From contig CM120644.1 of assembly GCA_051362555.1 (NCBI GenBank), positions 10,314,567-10,378,566 of the forward strand: a stretch of 64,000 bases of DNA, read 5' to 3'. Shown one piece after another: positions 26,232 to 39,327 of this stretch (positions are counted from its first letter, which is position 1; the number at the start of each line of letters is the position of its first letter). The position numbers were made by a program, and so were the translations under genes. The notes below the pieces were generated by a model that searched no databases, was not told the DNA's origin, and worked only from the letters and a program-made list of their open reading frames with translations. Source of the stretch: Lingula anatina (taxonomy: Eukaryota; Animalia; Brachiopoda).

Positions 26232-28579
26232 GATTAACGATCTGAAACATAGAGAAGAAAAGAGTAATGATTTTTTTTTACAAATCAGCGACCAGTAGTT
26301 TGGTTTCATGTCGAGAAGAAAAACAATTGAAGTCATCTTTGCATTGAGGATGAAGGTAGAAATGTCGAATAGGGCAACGTCCTCTATGACAATTACACGA
26401 TTTTTGCCTTGAGAAGGCTCATGAGAGTGTACCTATAGAAGAACAATGGCAAACAACGAGAGAAGAGACTATAACAGTTGTGTGGAAAGGCAGTGCAGGA
26501 TATGTAGAAGGGGTGTAGTACGTGGCACACCAGCCCATCAATAGAACAGAAGAAGAGAAGGACCAAACGCATGACCTGTGTAGGTGGAACCCCTGCGAAA
26601 ATTTGTCTCATTAAACGTTCACTTACAGTTTTCAATCTATTCTTGAACATGTGGTGTGTTTTTTTTACAGTTCTAATGTTGTTCTGTAATCAATGTAACA
26701 TGTTCTAGGACAGTTGAGAACCGTAAGTGAGCTTTAAAGGAGACACATTTTCGCAGGGGAGGCGTACTTCCCCTGTCCCCTGAGAAGGGAAAAAGTCAAA
26801 AGCCACAAAAGCAGAATAATTTATTCAACAAAATTAATAACTTTGGAATGCAGCAAATAACCCTTCCCATATGACAAAATATAATTGATGTAAACGGAAC
26901 ACGCGTGCAATGCCCTTTCGGAAAAAAAATCACTGCGATATTGTTCAAATAGTAAATATATTAGCTAGGCGTCTCTCTATTTGCATTATGTTATGCGAAT
27001 AAGGTATCAAAAACAAATCAATACTACCTTCTCAAATGGAACGATCTAGTAACTTTCGCTATGATGAAGATCGTTTTTTTCGTGCTATGCAATGAATTCA
27101 ATGGGTTGGAATTGTAGCCTTACCTGAAGACTTTTGGTAAAAGTGATCTACTAAGGGTCTTAATCTGTTTGTTGTCAGTCTCATATTCGATGGTACTGCG
27201 TCTGCCTACAAGTGAAGTCAGCTATGTATTTACATACAAATATGGGTCATATTTTAATGACGGGGCTTATGTTAGGCAGCAGTAAAGAACTATTCATCAG
27301 GTAGGCTGTCATAAATTCCAGGACTGGCAGGTATTTTGCCTAAAAACGTCAAAATGAAACAAAACCATGATCATTTAAAATGCAAACGCATTTATACCAG
27401 CATAGTGTCTATGTATCTGAGACATCTTGACGTGCCTTTTATCTGTACATCATGTAGTCTGATCTGGATTATGGAGGCTTCAGTGAAGTTCATTGTGTGA
27501 CAACGGCTGTAATAACATTGCAGAATTGATAGAACAAAGAATATGGAGTCTGTTACATCGAGCAGTACAGGTACTTCTGGAATAGTGCAAGAAAAACAAG
27601 TTGGTAGAAAAATTTTGCGCCAGCCACTTACATTCTTATTTCTGAGAAATGTGGCGATTTTACTTTCTTTCTATAATTAAAGGTAATGTCCTATGCTTTT
27701 TTTTGTGTATTTATTCCGAGTAAAAAGTATAATAACCAATTCAACCTCATCAACAGATACAAGTTGAAGAATAGTGGGGTTGGAAAGTGTGACGTCCAAA
27801 ATCGAAAAGAATATAAACCGAGCTGTGCTCACCCTGCTAATGTGCCCTTATTCATTTCATTCTATTTCATCCGATTAAAACCCGATGTGGTCGAATGCCA
27901 TTGTGTTTGCATATTGCAATAAACATGAAAAAGTTAATAAAACGTTGATATTTAAACAAGAAAAATTAATCAATCCAGTCACGCAACCCTACACAGAACC
28001 AATGATGCTGTATGGCTGTGAAAATCGTGTAAAATTCCTATCTCTTTCGCAGTTCCTTGTGTCTTCTGCCATATAGAAAATGGTTAAGGAAAAATAACTT
28101 GCTAATAAACCGCAAGTCACTCGGATGAAAGCTTGCTAAATAGTACGCAATATACACATTGTATTGCTTGAGACTATTTACGTTCGTGCAGTGAAATCCC
28201 AATTTAAGTATTTCATTTGGCGTTCCTGACTACAAACCTGCCCTCGAGTTCACATGCACCATTTATCGTTTTTGAAGCCTGAAGCCAATTAGGTAAAACA
28301 GAAATATGATAAAATAAGTATCATTTTTTTCATTCCTTCGTGTATTGCATAAACCCGTGTTTTCAGTAAAAACATTATTTAAATCATAAGCAAATACGCA
28401 GATTTTAAATACATTAAGACTTTATTAGCGGAAATTGAAATATGATATTTAATGTAACCGTGATTGCAACCGTTACATGTACAAGCTTTGGTTTTTCAAT
28501 TTATATTTCTGGCTATTCTGAATATTTCCAAAAGATGTTTCTAAGGCTACCCTGAGACATCATGGCTTTTTTCTTCTTT

Positions 28580-29636
28580 TTATTTTCCAGGAAAACCATA
28601 GAAAAGGGCTGCATTCTTGTCTTTCATGTCATAGTAAAAATGCTCACAACCATATAAGAACTCTTCCATCCTGATTATGTTATTTAGGTTGTGGTCAATG
28701 ATATTGAAAAGTTCTTCAGGAGGCAAGACGTTACGTGTTATTTCTAGCAAATTGGAATACTCGCCAACAGATATCGCCTCATCGCAGTCTTCATCTAGAA
28801 TATGGAATCAGTTAAAACACCAATACGACTCAAGACCATTCAAAGTGGCATTAAGGAGATCCGTTTCAAATAACCTAAGCCACCTTTCCAGGTTCAATGG
28901 CTGCTCCACTACTGATGTAATTCTGTTCAACCAGTACAACCAACCTTTGTTCATTAAGCCAAACACAGCATTGGCCCTCCACGACAAGAGAACCCGATGA
29001 GCTCTCTTTGCCACTTTGTCCACGTATTCTTCTTTGTTGACCGAACCGTCGTTGTTGACATCTATTGCTCTAAAATATTCACTGATTTTCTTAATCCAAA
29101 GATCAGATACTTGGTAGACTTGAGGGACCTATGCATTTATAAAACAGATTATTTAGATAATCAGTTACTGTTATATGGTTGGAGTACATACATTTTATGT
29201 ACCTTGATATTACTAGACACAAAATTCCAATTTGTGAAAATAGATGGCACAGTGGCAGATTTTTTTCTCACGCGGAACTTAAGTGGTTACTGATCTTTCA
29301 TACAACTGACGTCTGCCCACCGATAATGATTTGCTCAGTTAATGAGCTACCTTATGACAGATCTAACAGGTCCTGAGCCAAGAGATTTTAATCAGGAAGA
29401 CGTTGGGAGAATTAATGTCATTTGTTTACATAGATTTCAGTGTTTTTTGAAAATGTCCCCTAAGACTTTTTTGCAACCCGTATGCGTATTATAATTAATG
29501 TGAAAAAAATTAGAATAATTAGACAGATAAAATACATTTCCAGTTGGAAACTTACCTCAGCAATATTTAACCCGACAGTGTAGCCATAAAAGGCGGTGAG
29601 TAAAGTGAAAGCAGCGATTTGATTAAATAGAGATAT
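28580..29636 (-). pseudogene. SCP-like pseudogene, copy C (exons 29556-29636 and 28580-29128)
   Basis: Full-length and colinear with copy E, but the start is ATG>ATA (29634-29636) and there is a Trp TGG>TGA at 28808-28810. Confidence 0.85.
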
Positions 29637-31579
29637 GGTTTACTGTTTGAAAATTAGAGAAAAATAATTAAAATATAATCACCATTGTTAAATACCAGCT
29701 TGTTGCTAAATGCATTTCAAAAATTTTGAATTTAACCGTATAGTCCACTTAAGTTTTAATTGCAAATATTCGAGAACAACAAAAACGATAAGATTTTAAT
29801 TTTTATTACTAACAAATCAAAAGCCCCAAATGATAATGAAACACAATTCCACAGAATTAAGTCTGATATGAGTTGCGTAAACCGCAATTTTTGTGCATTG
29901 AAAATGCGTATGTTACAATTTGGTGCACTTGAAAGGAACAGTGACAGAGAAAAGTATGGTTTCCACAAGTAGTACTCACTATTACATACAGCTTATTATG
30001 ATATCAATTACTCAGAGTTGTGCCAAATAGCATTTTAAGAGAAAATCATACCCAAATTCAAATCTTCCCTGGACTAACCTGAGCGATCTTTGTTTAATTG
30101 ACAAATCGAACCTCCGCTAGGTTATGTTTGGTATCTCTCTTAATCTCTAAGGCAGCGTCTGACTACAGGTACATGTACTGCTATTTTGTTATGAAACAAA
30201 GTTTTATGTACCATTATTTTGGGCAAGTTTCCTTAGATTTCAGAATAATAGGAATATAAACTAATACGTAAAAAGTTCCCAAGAAGTAAAACCAAGGAAC
30301 TCCTTATATGTAAACAAGGTTATATCCACATAGTGTGTTTGTATCTGAAAACTCTGAATGTATCTTTTGTCTGTATATCATGTAGTTACAGCAAAGTATG
30401 GGGGCTTCAGTAAACCTACATTGTGTAAAAACAACCGCTTATGTCATAACAATAATGCTGTCTCTCCAAGTATCACACGGCATGCGGGTTAGTGTGTCTG
30501 TGTGTATCGTTACAGTGCATATACCGGGGTATTATACACACAGTGAGGCTTTGTATATTTTTCTTTCTGTCCACGCTATGTTATTGTGGTTACATTATAC
30601 TAACGTCGTTCAAGAAGTTCTAAGCAACAGTCTTAAAAAAGGGTTGTCTTTGTCATAAAGTAACCAACCACTGACCAACTTAGGGTGCCTAGAAATTCCA
30701 CGGATATGCACACGTTTCCATACATTCTGATTATTTAATTGATCAATCCAATTTTATAAAGATAATTATTTACTTGAGTGAAATGCTGGAGGTTTTATTA
30801 TTTCCATGTCTTCATGTCATGCTTGTCATGCTTAGACCTTGCATGACGACATATTATTTCAATAAGCAATATTATTTCAATAAGAAAAAAGATGAAAATT
30901 TAATTAAATTAAGATTCATTCATGATTTTCAGGATCAAATTTAACCACGAGCAACTTTTTTCAATACCGGTAACTTTCTAAAGCCCCATTTACACCGGAC
31001 GGCGTCCTTTCTGCGTCCTTTGCGCATGAATCTGGCATCGCTGTACATGTGGTCATACCACGTTCGGATACTTGGGAACAGATATGTATTCATTGCAGTC
31101 TAGACTAAGGGTGCGGAACCAACTCAAACATCATTCTATATCAAGTTCACCAGGGGCCAAATTATGAAGGTCTAATGCAAATAACTTCAGCCACTTATTG
31201 AGTTTTAATGCCTGCCTCAACTTGGGTGTGATGTCACCGTCTCACCTGTTCTTCAATGGTCAGAGGTAGAGAAATCAGTTCATTCAGAAAGTTCAGAAGT
31301 TACTTATAATGTACGGTGGGGAATGTTAGAGGATTATTTGCAGATTTGAAGTTCTACATTTATGTTATATTTCAAGTAAAAATATAATTATAACGATGAT
31401 CTGGTCTCTAAATCAGTCAAATATTTTGTTATTTCATTTTCTGCAGAAAAAATATAGCGAAGATCAACGACAATGTGTAAATCAAGTATAGAAGTAAAAG
31501 TTTAAAAGAGAAATAAAGTTTTTGGACATTATATTGGTTTATTGGAGCGGGACCGAGATTTACAAGATTTTCTGATAAT

Positions 31580-31745
31580 TCCATTTGTTGGCTTCGCCCA
31601 CCAAGAAAAGATAACCTGCATGTTCATCCCTTTGCCACTGCATCCAAATTCTCCTCCTTGTTAACCATGTCAATATCTATTATTTAGAACCATGCACTTA
31701 GTTCTTAAGTCCAAAGATCAGATAATTATTCGCCGAGAGGAACCA
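31580..31745 (-). pseudogene. Decayed 5' fragment of an SCP-like main exon
   Basis: VPLGE*LSDLWT*ELSAWF*IIDI..VNKEENLDAVAK; several stops. Confidence 0.7.
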
Positions 31746-32043
31746 ATGCATGTATTGAGATGTTTGAACTATAAATGCTGTTATAGATGTTTGAAGTATA
31801 ACTATTTCAAACAAGTTGATGTGATTGCATTCAGTAAGAGGCCCCTTGGAGTTTGATCGATCTACAAACATCTGTAGAAATGAGAATGAACCCGATAATT
31901 ACTGTATCAGCGATGTTTCAAAACCTTAGAATATGTTTGTGTCCTATTTTTATTCAAACCGACAGCAGCTGTGCCACGTTCATAAATTGATTGGTCACTT
32001 TCTGTGCCTTTGGTGTCCTTGAAGCATTTATGCTCATAGCTAA

Positions 32044-32259
32044 GGCTGTATTCCCAGAGCTTTTAGATCGATCTATCCCGGCGGGGAGTCTCACTAGATT
32101 ACTGTCAGATAATCCGGCTTAAATGTCCATCCCGCCTACTACAAGCTGTAAGGGGGTAATTAACTTTCGTGTCCGCCCTGCTGACAGCTATTTAGCGTGA
32201 ACTCCCAGGGAGTTAGGTCGATCTAAAGTAGATCGATCTAATCTCTGAAAATGGGGTCC
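32044..32259. mobile_element. MITE, Harbinger-like
   Basis: Inverted ends ggctgtattcccagagc..tagatcgatcta and tagatcgatctaatctctgaaaatggggtcc. Confidence 0.5.
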
Positions 32260-32672
32260 AAGTTTGAAAGTGAGCAGTGAAATCACAACCACCATGACAT
32301 ATGTTCATAATAGATAGGAGGGGGGTTTAAGTGTTTTATCTGCAGAGTTAACGGATGACCATGGCAATGGAATATATTGGTTATCCCTGGGCATGTCGAC
32401 TTTACTTGAACGGTATAAGAAACTGGTAGAAGTAGTTTATATAAGTTCATGAGAATCCACGCTCAACCAACTCTCGGTTCTAAAGTACTTTTAATTTCCA
32501 ATGTCGAGAAAAGTTTAGCGATTATTTTTTTCTGAATCAAATTGAAAATATCTAGGAAATATCTTATGCATCAGCAACTTCAAAGAATTTCCAATTTTTT
32601 TTCCTGACACTTCCGAACACTAGAATCCATGTATGTGATAATTACGACCCCCAATCAGGATTTTGTATTTAG

Positions 32673-33539
32673 TTAATTTCCAGGAGAACCATAGAACAGG
32701 GCTGTTTTGGTGTCTTTCATTCCGAAATAAAAATCGCCACAGACAAATAAGAACTCATCCAAACTAATGATGTGATTTTGGTTGCGGTCAATGGCATTGA
32801 ACAGCTCTTCAGGAGGCAATACGTTCCGTGTTATATGTAGAAAGTTGGAATACTCGTCAGCAGACAATTCTTCATCGCAGTCTACATCTAAAATATGGAA
32901 CCAGTCCAAACACCAATACAACTGAAACTCATTCGCTGTTGCATTTAGGAGGTCCATTTCAAATAACTTAAGCCACATATCGAGGTTAATTGCTTGTTTT
33001 GTGTTGGCCGCTTTTTGCAACGAAAACTGCCAATCTCTCATCATTAGTCCGTATACAGCATTGGCCCTCCATGGGGAGAGAACCTGTTGAGCTCGTTTCG
33101 CCACTTCGTCCCCGTATTCCTCTTTGTACACCAAACCGTCATTGTTGTTGTCCATAATTCTAAACCACAACGTGAATTTCTGAATCCAAAGATCAGATAT
33201 TTGCACGTCCTGGGAAACCTGCGAATTAATTGAAAATTGATGGAAAATAGCTCGTCGATAAATTAACGGTTTCTAAAGAATGTTAGCAATGCATCTGATT
33301 AAATACTGTTTTGAAATAGTTAATATGGCAACATATTTTCTCAAAGGACATGTTCCCTAAAACAGATTTTATGAACTTTATAAGTATAATATTTTCCGTG
33401 ATTAAATACAGTTAAGTGATTGACGAGATTGTGCATAATGTATATCATGTTGAAAACTAACCTCAACAACATCCCGTCCGAAGCCGTATCCAAAAGCGGT
33501 GAGTAAAACAGTGCCAGTTAATAGATTGAACACATACAT
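32673..33539 (-). CDS. Secreted SCP-like EF-hand protein, copy D (exons 33462-33539 and 32673-33218)
   Basis: Leader MYVFNLLTGTVLLTAFGYGFG-RDVVE|GTTAGT. Main exon VSQDVQISDLWIQKFTLWFRIMDNNNDGLVYKEE...DVDCDEELSADE...DRNQNHIISLDE...FYGSPGN*; open frame. Confidence 0.9.
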
Positions 33540-34779
33540 AGTAAGCTGTTCGAAAATAAAGCAAACAAGTTAAACAGCCTTTGGATAAATTAATTAGAAA
33601 CGAAAATGCAATCAGAAATATGATCTTTCAGACTGATCGCTACAGCGCGTATGGTATCTTAATAACTTGGTAACATCGGAATACAGCAGATAAGTATTCT
33701 CTGATAAAAGAGTGAGGTTAATCAAACTTGATCAAAAATATCATTAACATTTTCACATAATTAAGTTAATGGCGTTTTCTAACATTCGTTGGGCAAACTT
33801 GTGCTTTAATGATAACAGTTAAACCCTTTACCCAAGAAGCGTTGAAAAAAGTGCCAAGCAGATCTAAATTTCAGCAATTCCTTATTACATAGATATATAA
33901 AGGCAATTAAGTGTAGGTAAGTAAAGATAATTGAGACCTTTCAGAATTTTTCCTGGTCTAATAATAAATAGATCGGCTTCATTGCCATAAGTTCTGGCTT
34001 GTGACATTTTGTGATGTCCACTATTACACAAAAAGGTCTGTCTTAAATCTTTTTGTTAATTTTTCAAGGCTTTGACTTTAAAGCTAAATAACGACTTTAG
34101 AGCAAAATATCCACAAGAAGCTGTTCGTAACCTTCCCTGAAGTCTCTTACTTATAGCGGTGGCTCGATCCTCAGCTGTTGTCTGTTATAAATGTCTAGTA
34201 CTTGCAGCCTCAAAAACAACGTCTGGCGTCACACGTTTAAGACACGTTTATTTAGATAATTTTTTACTGGAGCTATGAGGTTTGAAGGTGACCTTCATCT
34301 CAGACAAATTTCAGAATCATAAATTGAAATGTAAAGAAATTAATATTCATTTAGTGTCATTGAAATGTATGCACGCGTCTTTGTCTGTATACCATGTAGT
34401 CTGATCTGGAATATGGGGGCTTCCGTTGATTTCCTTTTGTGCGAAAGCCACCGCAATTGATGTAATGTAAATTATGTGTGTAGTATCGAAGGCATGTGGG
34501 TAAGTTTTTCTCTCTGCACCGTTACCACAGATACGTTTTATGCGTGTTCAACAAATTGCACCCTGGGCCAAAAAAGAAAAGTTATCGCTTAACACTTTAT
34601 TCGTGACAGTCTGAATACAAGTTTCTTAATTGATTAATTTAAGCATGACGCTCCCCATAAAAGAAGTGCATCTAGGAAAAGGAGAAAAAAATCATTTGAA
34701 GAAATAGAAGAAAAAAGATTCCCAGCATATGGTGAAAAATACATATAGGTTTATTATATATCTGTGGTAAATAGGGCCC

Positions 34780-34930
34780 ACCTTTATTTTATATCCAAGT
34801 GACCCATGGAAAAGGGTCAGTCGAAATAAAATATGACAACAGTATGAGAATTCTTCCAAAACTGATTAAGCCATTTCTGCCGCAGTCAATTGTACTAAAA
34901 AGTTTCTCCGGCCGCAGTTCGTTAAGCAGC
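34780..34930 (-). pseudogene. Relic 3' end of an SCP-like exon (related relics at ~41390-41545 and ~57210-57370)
   Basis: Degenerate EKLF..IDCGRNGLIS-EEF...YF...GSL pattern, at the same relative position in three duplication units. Confidence 0.6.
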
Positions 34931-35070
34931 ATATGTAGTCCGGTGGCTTAGGGCAAAAAAAGGGCCAAATCGTGACACGCCATTAGCCATAGAAGGTGGG
35001 GTTCAGTTAATACCTGCGAGAGATAAGCTTCCATATAAAATGAAGCTAAATTCAGTTTTTTTTTTTCTGT

Positions 35071-35071
<1 letters not shown>

Positions 35072-35116
<45 letters not shown>

Positions 35117-35117
35117 C
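35072..35117. repeat. (ATT)n microsatellite
   Basis: Directly visible. Confidence 0.9.
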
Positions 35118-35681
35118 CCATGAAACATATCTGTTAGGTAATTAATGTCCATATTTGATCATTTACCAAAAGTACCGAAAAACAAAATTAATTGTATATT
35201 GAACCCAGTGTCTCTCTGGCAGTAGCTGACTGTCCTAATCCTATTGTGACATGCTATATATGATGTTTGTCTACATTTTAAAGAATGAAATGTAAACACT
35301 ATATACCTTCAACACAATAACATTTATAGACTTATTTTTAAACACATAAATCTAAATGAGTTTTTTAAAATCAAATCATATATTCCTTTTCATTAAACTG
35401 ATAAGTGGATACCAATCAGATGAGGGAATTAAAACTCTATTACTTCGCTGTATTGTCGTGTATTACGGGGTTTGGTTACTTTGGTTTGAATCAGTGAATG
35501 TTGGGGCTCCAGCAACTACAGTGTGCCCCCGTACTGGGTTAGTTTATGACGGAGGCCTGCTACTGATGTAACAGAGAAAAGGCACGGAACATTAGCCTAG
35601 AAAATACCACCGATTGATTTGCTATTGCTTCGTGGATTGCTCAGTGTTTTTATCAAGTAATGTATACGCCTGTCACAATAA

Positions 35682-35712
<31 letters not shown>

Positions 35713-36248
35713 ACATGAATGAATATGTGGAACACAGCATTAGACGCTGGTCTCCTTTAGCCAAAGGACATATCCAAATGCTAGCTTATTCACGAAGTTA
35801 CCTCTGGAAAAGTATAGAAAGAAAATGGTTAGAATAGAGCTACATCAGACAAAGAAAAAAAACATATATGCGGGGAAATCCCAATTTGAAGTCTTTTATT
35901 TGGTGATCCTGACCACAACCCCCCTTGAAGCCTGAAGCCAATAGGTAAAACAAAAATATGATAAAATAAGTTTCAATATCTTCATGCCTTCGCGTATTGC
36001 ATAACCCCGGAGTTTCAGTAAAAACATTATTTAAATCATAAGAAAATACCCAATTTTAAATACATTAAAATTGTTATGGGTTTTATAAGAGGAAATGGAG
36101 ATACATGAAAATTTAATGTAACTGTTATTGCAACCGTTGGCTTTGTTTTTTTTTTTTTTCAAATTATATTTCTGTCTATCCTGAATATTTCTGTAAGATG
36201 TTTCTACAGCTATCCTGACACATCATGTCTTTTTCTTCTATTTATTTT

Positions 36249-37085
36249 TCAGGAGAACATAGAAAAGAAAAGGGCTGCATTCTTTTCATTCATGTCAAAA
36301 TAAAAATGCTCACAACCATATAAAAACTCTTCCATGCTGATTATGTCATTGCGGCTGTGGTCAATGATATTGAAAAGTTCTCCAGGAGGCAAGACGTTAC
36401 GTGTTATCTCTAGCAAATTGGAATACTCGCTAACAGACATCGCCTCATCGCAGTCTTCAACTAGAATATGGAACCAGTTTAAACACCAATACGACTCAAG
36501 ACCATTCAAAGTCACATTTAGGATGTCCAATTCCAGTAACCTGAGCCACCTATCAAGGTTCAAGGGTTGGTCCACGTCGGATGTAACGCAGTTCAAAGTT
36601 AACCACCAACCTGTTTTCATTAATCCATACACAGCCTTGGCCCTCCATGACGAGAGAACCCGCTGAGCCCTAAATGCCACTTCGTCCATGAATTCTTCTT
36701 TGTAGACCAAACCGTCGTTGTTGACATCTATTACTCTAAAATATTCAGTGAATTTCTTAATCAAAAGATCAGATACTTGGTTTTCTTCAGGCACCTATGC
36801 ATTTATTGAAAAAATTGGATCAATTAGGCATTTGTGAAATCAATGTCTTCTGATTGCATACATGCAAATTTCAGTTTCAAAAGAGGTTATCTTGAAAGTA
36901 CAGGCTAAATTTTTTTTGCAAACTATTTGTATACTATTGCAACTTTTTGAAAAAGTATTAGTAATATAAAACATAAAGATATACATTTGTAGTTGATAAC
37001 TTACCTGAGCAGTATTCTGCCCGACTGTGTAGCCACAAAAGGCAACGAAAACTGCAATGGCAGCAAGTTGATTAATCACAGACAT
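36249..37085 (-). CDS. Secreted SCP-like EF-hand protein, copy E (exons 37005-37085 and 36249-36794), with an altered C-terminus
   Basis: Leader MSVINQLAAIAVFVAFCGYTVG-QNTAQ|GTAAGT. The main exon is open, but EF3 position 1 is D>V and small indels turn FYGSP into FFSMFS*. Confidence 0.8.
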
Positions 37086-37662
37086 GATTAACTGTTTGAA
37101 AATAAGGAAAAAAATTAAAATCAACCTAGCATCGAGAAATACCAGTTAGTTTCTAAAATGTATTTAAATAAAACGCTATTAAAAGTATTTTAGCAATACA
37201 TCTAATAATGTTAAATACTGTTTTAAATTTCAACAATTCTTAGCTACATAGATATATAAAGGTGGTTAAGTGTAGCTAAGTAAAGATAATTAAGATTCTT
37301 CAGAATTTAACTTAAATCTCTTATAATTAATATGTCACTTTCATTGCCTAAGTTCTGGCTTGAGTTATTTTGTGATGTTCACTTTGTCGCATGGAGGCAT
37401 GTCTTAAATATTTTTGTTATTCTACAAGGCTTTGGCTTTTTAAAGCTTTAAAAAGCTAAATAACGACTTTAGAGTAAAATATCCATATGAAGCTCTTCAT
37501 AACCTTACCTGAAGTCTCTTTCTTAAAGTGGGGACTCGATTCTCGGCTTTCCTCTGTTATTTATGCCTAGTACTTGCAGCCTCTTATTTTTGAAAACAAC
37601 GCCTGGCTTCATACGTTTAAGACACGCACAGTTAGATAATTGTTTACTGGAGCTATGATGTA

Positions 37663-38757
37663 GAACAGTTTCATTAGCTATGTTATTGTAATAAAATTGT
37701 GAAGATTCTTTTGTCTATAGCTATTTATAATAGTTTGATCTTACCATCCAATATTTCATCTGCTTGCAGTCAGGTTTCGTCAGGGAATGAGGTTGTGACA
37801 GGTATGACAACCTGGACTTACAACTTACTAGGAAGAATGGTAACGTCACAACAGACATTTACAGAAAACCTACGCATACAGACCACTACCTTCAGTGGAC
37901 ATCCCACCACCCTGTCCAACAGAAGATAGGAATCATTAAGACGCTGATGCATAGGGCAGACACACTGATAAAAGAGAAACCCAAGGTAGAGATAGAGAAG
38001 GATAAAATCAGAGTGGCTTTTAGAAACTGTGGTTACCCGGAATGGGCTATAAAAGAAGGGGAAAAGAAAGGAAGAGAAAAACAACAAAGGCTAGTGAACA
38101 GGACCGAAAAAGAAAAACCCAAAGGATATGCGGTACTGCCTTACATGAAAGGGGTTAGTGAAAAACTAAAAAGAGCATTCAGAAAAAGGAATGTAGTATT
38201 ACACCATAAGGCAGGACAGACATTAAGAGGCATCCTAGTATCCCCAAAGGACAAATTAGACCCAGGAGAACAGTGTGGAGTTGTATACCAGTGTGAGTGT
38301 CAGGTGTGTGGAGAGATATACATCGGAGAGACAGGACGTTCCTTAACAGAAAGAATCGCTGAACATCAAAAATCGATCAAAAAACATGATAAAAAATCTG
38401 CCCTCAGCCAACACCAGGAACAGACAGGGCATTGTATAACATCAACAACCATAGAAGACATAAAAATCTTGGAAAGAGAGCCACGAGATCCACACCGGAA
38501 AGTTCTTGAAGCGATTAACATCCGCTTACATGGGGCCAAGTTGAATCGGAATGATGGGACTGAGCTACCCAACCTCTACCTACCACTCCTAAGGGAGGGG
38601 CAGGAAAGGGGGGGGGATCTGACCAAATAGCACACCAGAGGGGGTGACAGGTTGTCATACCTGTCACAACCTCATTCCCTGATGAAATCTGACTGCAAGC
38701 AGATGAAATATTGGATGGTAAGATCAAACTATTATAAATAGCTATAGACAAAAGAAT
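37663..38757 (+). mobile_element. 5'-truncated Penelope-like retroelement (RT C-terminus plus GIY-YIG endonuclease) with an inverted pLTR
   Basis: Frame open from ~37812 (LDLQLTRKNGNVTTDIYRKPTHTDHYLQWTSHHP) to 38630, containing GVVYQCECQVCGEIYIGETGR...RIAEH. 37701-37812 is an inverted copy of 38649-38759. A 16-bp duplication CTGGAGCTATGATGTA lies at 37647-37662 and 38758-38773. Confidence 0.92.
38672..38720 (+). ncRNA. Hammerhead ribozyme core in the Penelope pLTR (second, inverted copy at ~37740-37790)
   Basis: CTGATGA (38679-38685), stem II ATCTG/CAGAT, then GAAA (38705-38708). The inverted copy reads CTGACGA...GAAA. Hammerheads are established in Penelope-like pLTRs. Confidence 0.75.
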
Positions 38758-39327
38758 CTGGAGCTATGATGTAATGAAGGTAACCTTCATCTCGAACAAA
38801 TTTCAGAATCATAAATTGAAATGTAAAGAAATTCGTATTCATTTAGTGTCATTGAAATGTATGCACGCGTCTTTGTCTGTATATCATGTTGTTTGATATG
38901 GAATATGGGGGCTTCAGTTGATTTCCTTTTGTGCAGAAGTCACACAATTGATACAACTAAAACGAAGTGTCTAGTATTCTCTTTGTACCGTTGCTGGGTA
39001 TACATTTTATGCGTTTTCAAAAAAGGGACCAAAAGGGAAAAGTTATCGCTAAACACATGGGGTGACATAATTGGTGAAAAATATGTTTCAGTTCTTATGT
39101 GCAGTGGTTTGCTTCGGTGTTTTGTTCAGACCCGGACATTTTGGGACATAATCGCTATCATAAAAAGACGAAAAGTACAATATTTTTTCCAAAATCAAAT
39201 TGAAAATATCTATGAAATATCGTTTGCACAAGCAACTTCAGAAAGTCCCCAACTTTATTCTTGACCATTCCGAATATTGGTATCCATTTATGTGGTAATT
39301 CTGACCCTAATAGGGTATTATATTTAG

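Noticed and set aside
28808-28810. In-frame TGA as selenocysteine or readthrough
   Set aside because: It aligns with a Trp (TGG) in most paralogs and the same copy has lost its ATG, so simple pseudogenisation explains it.
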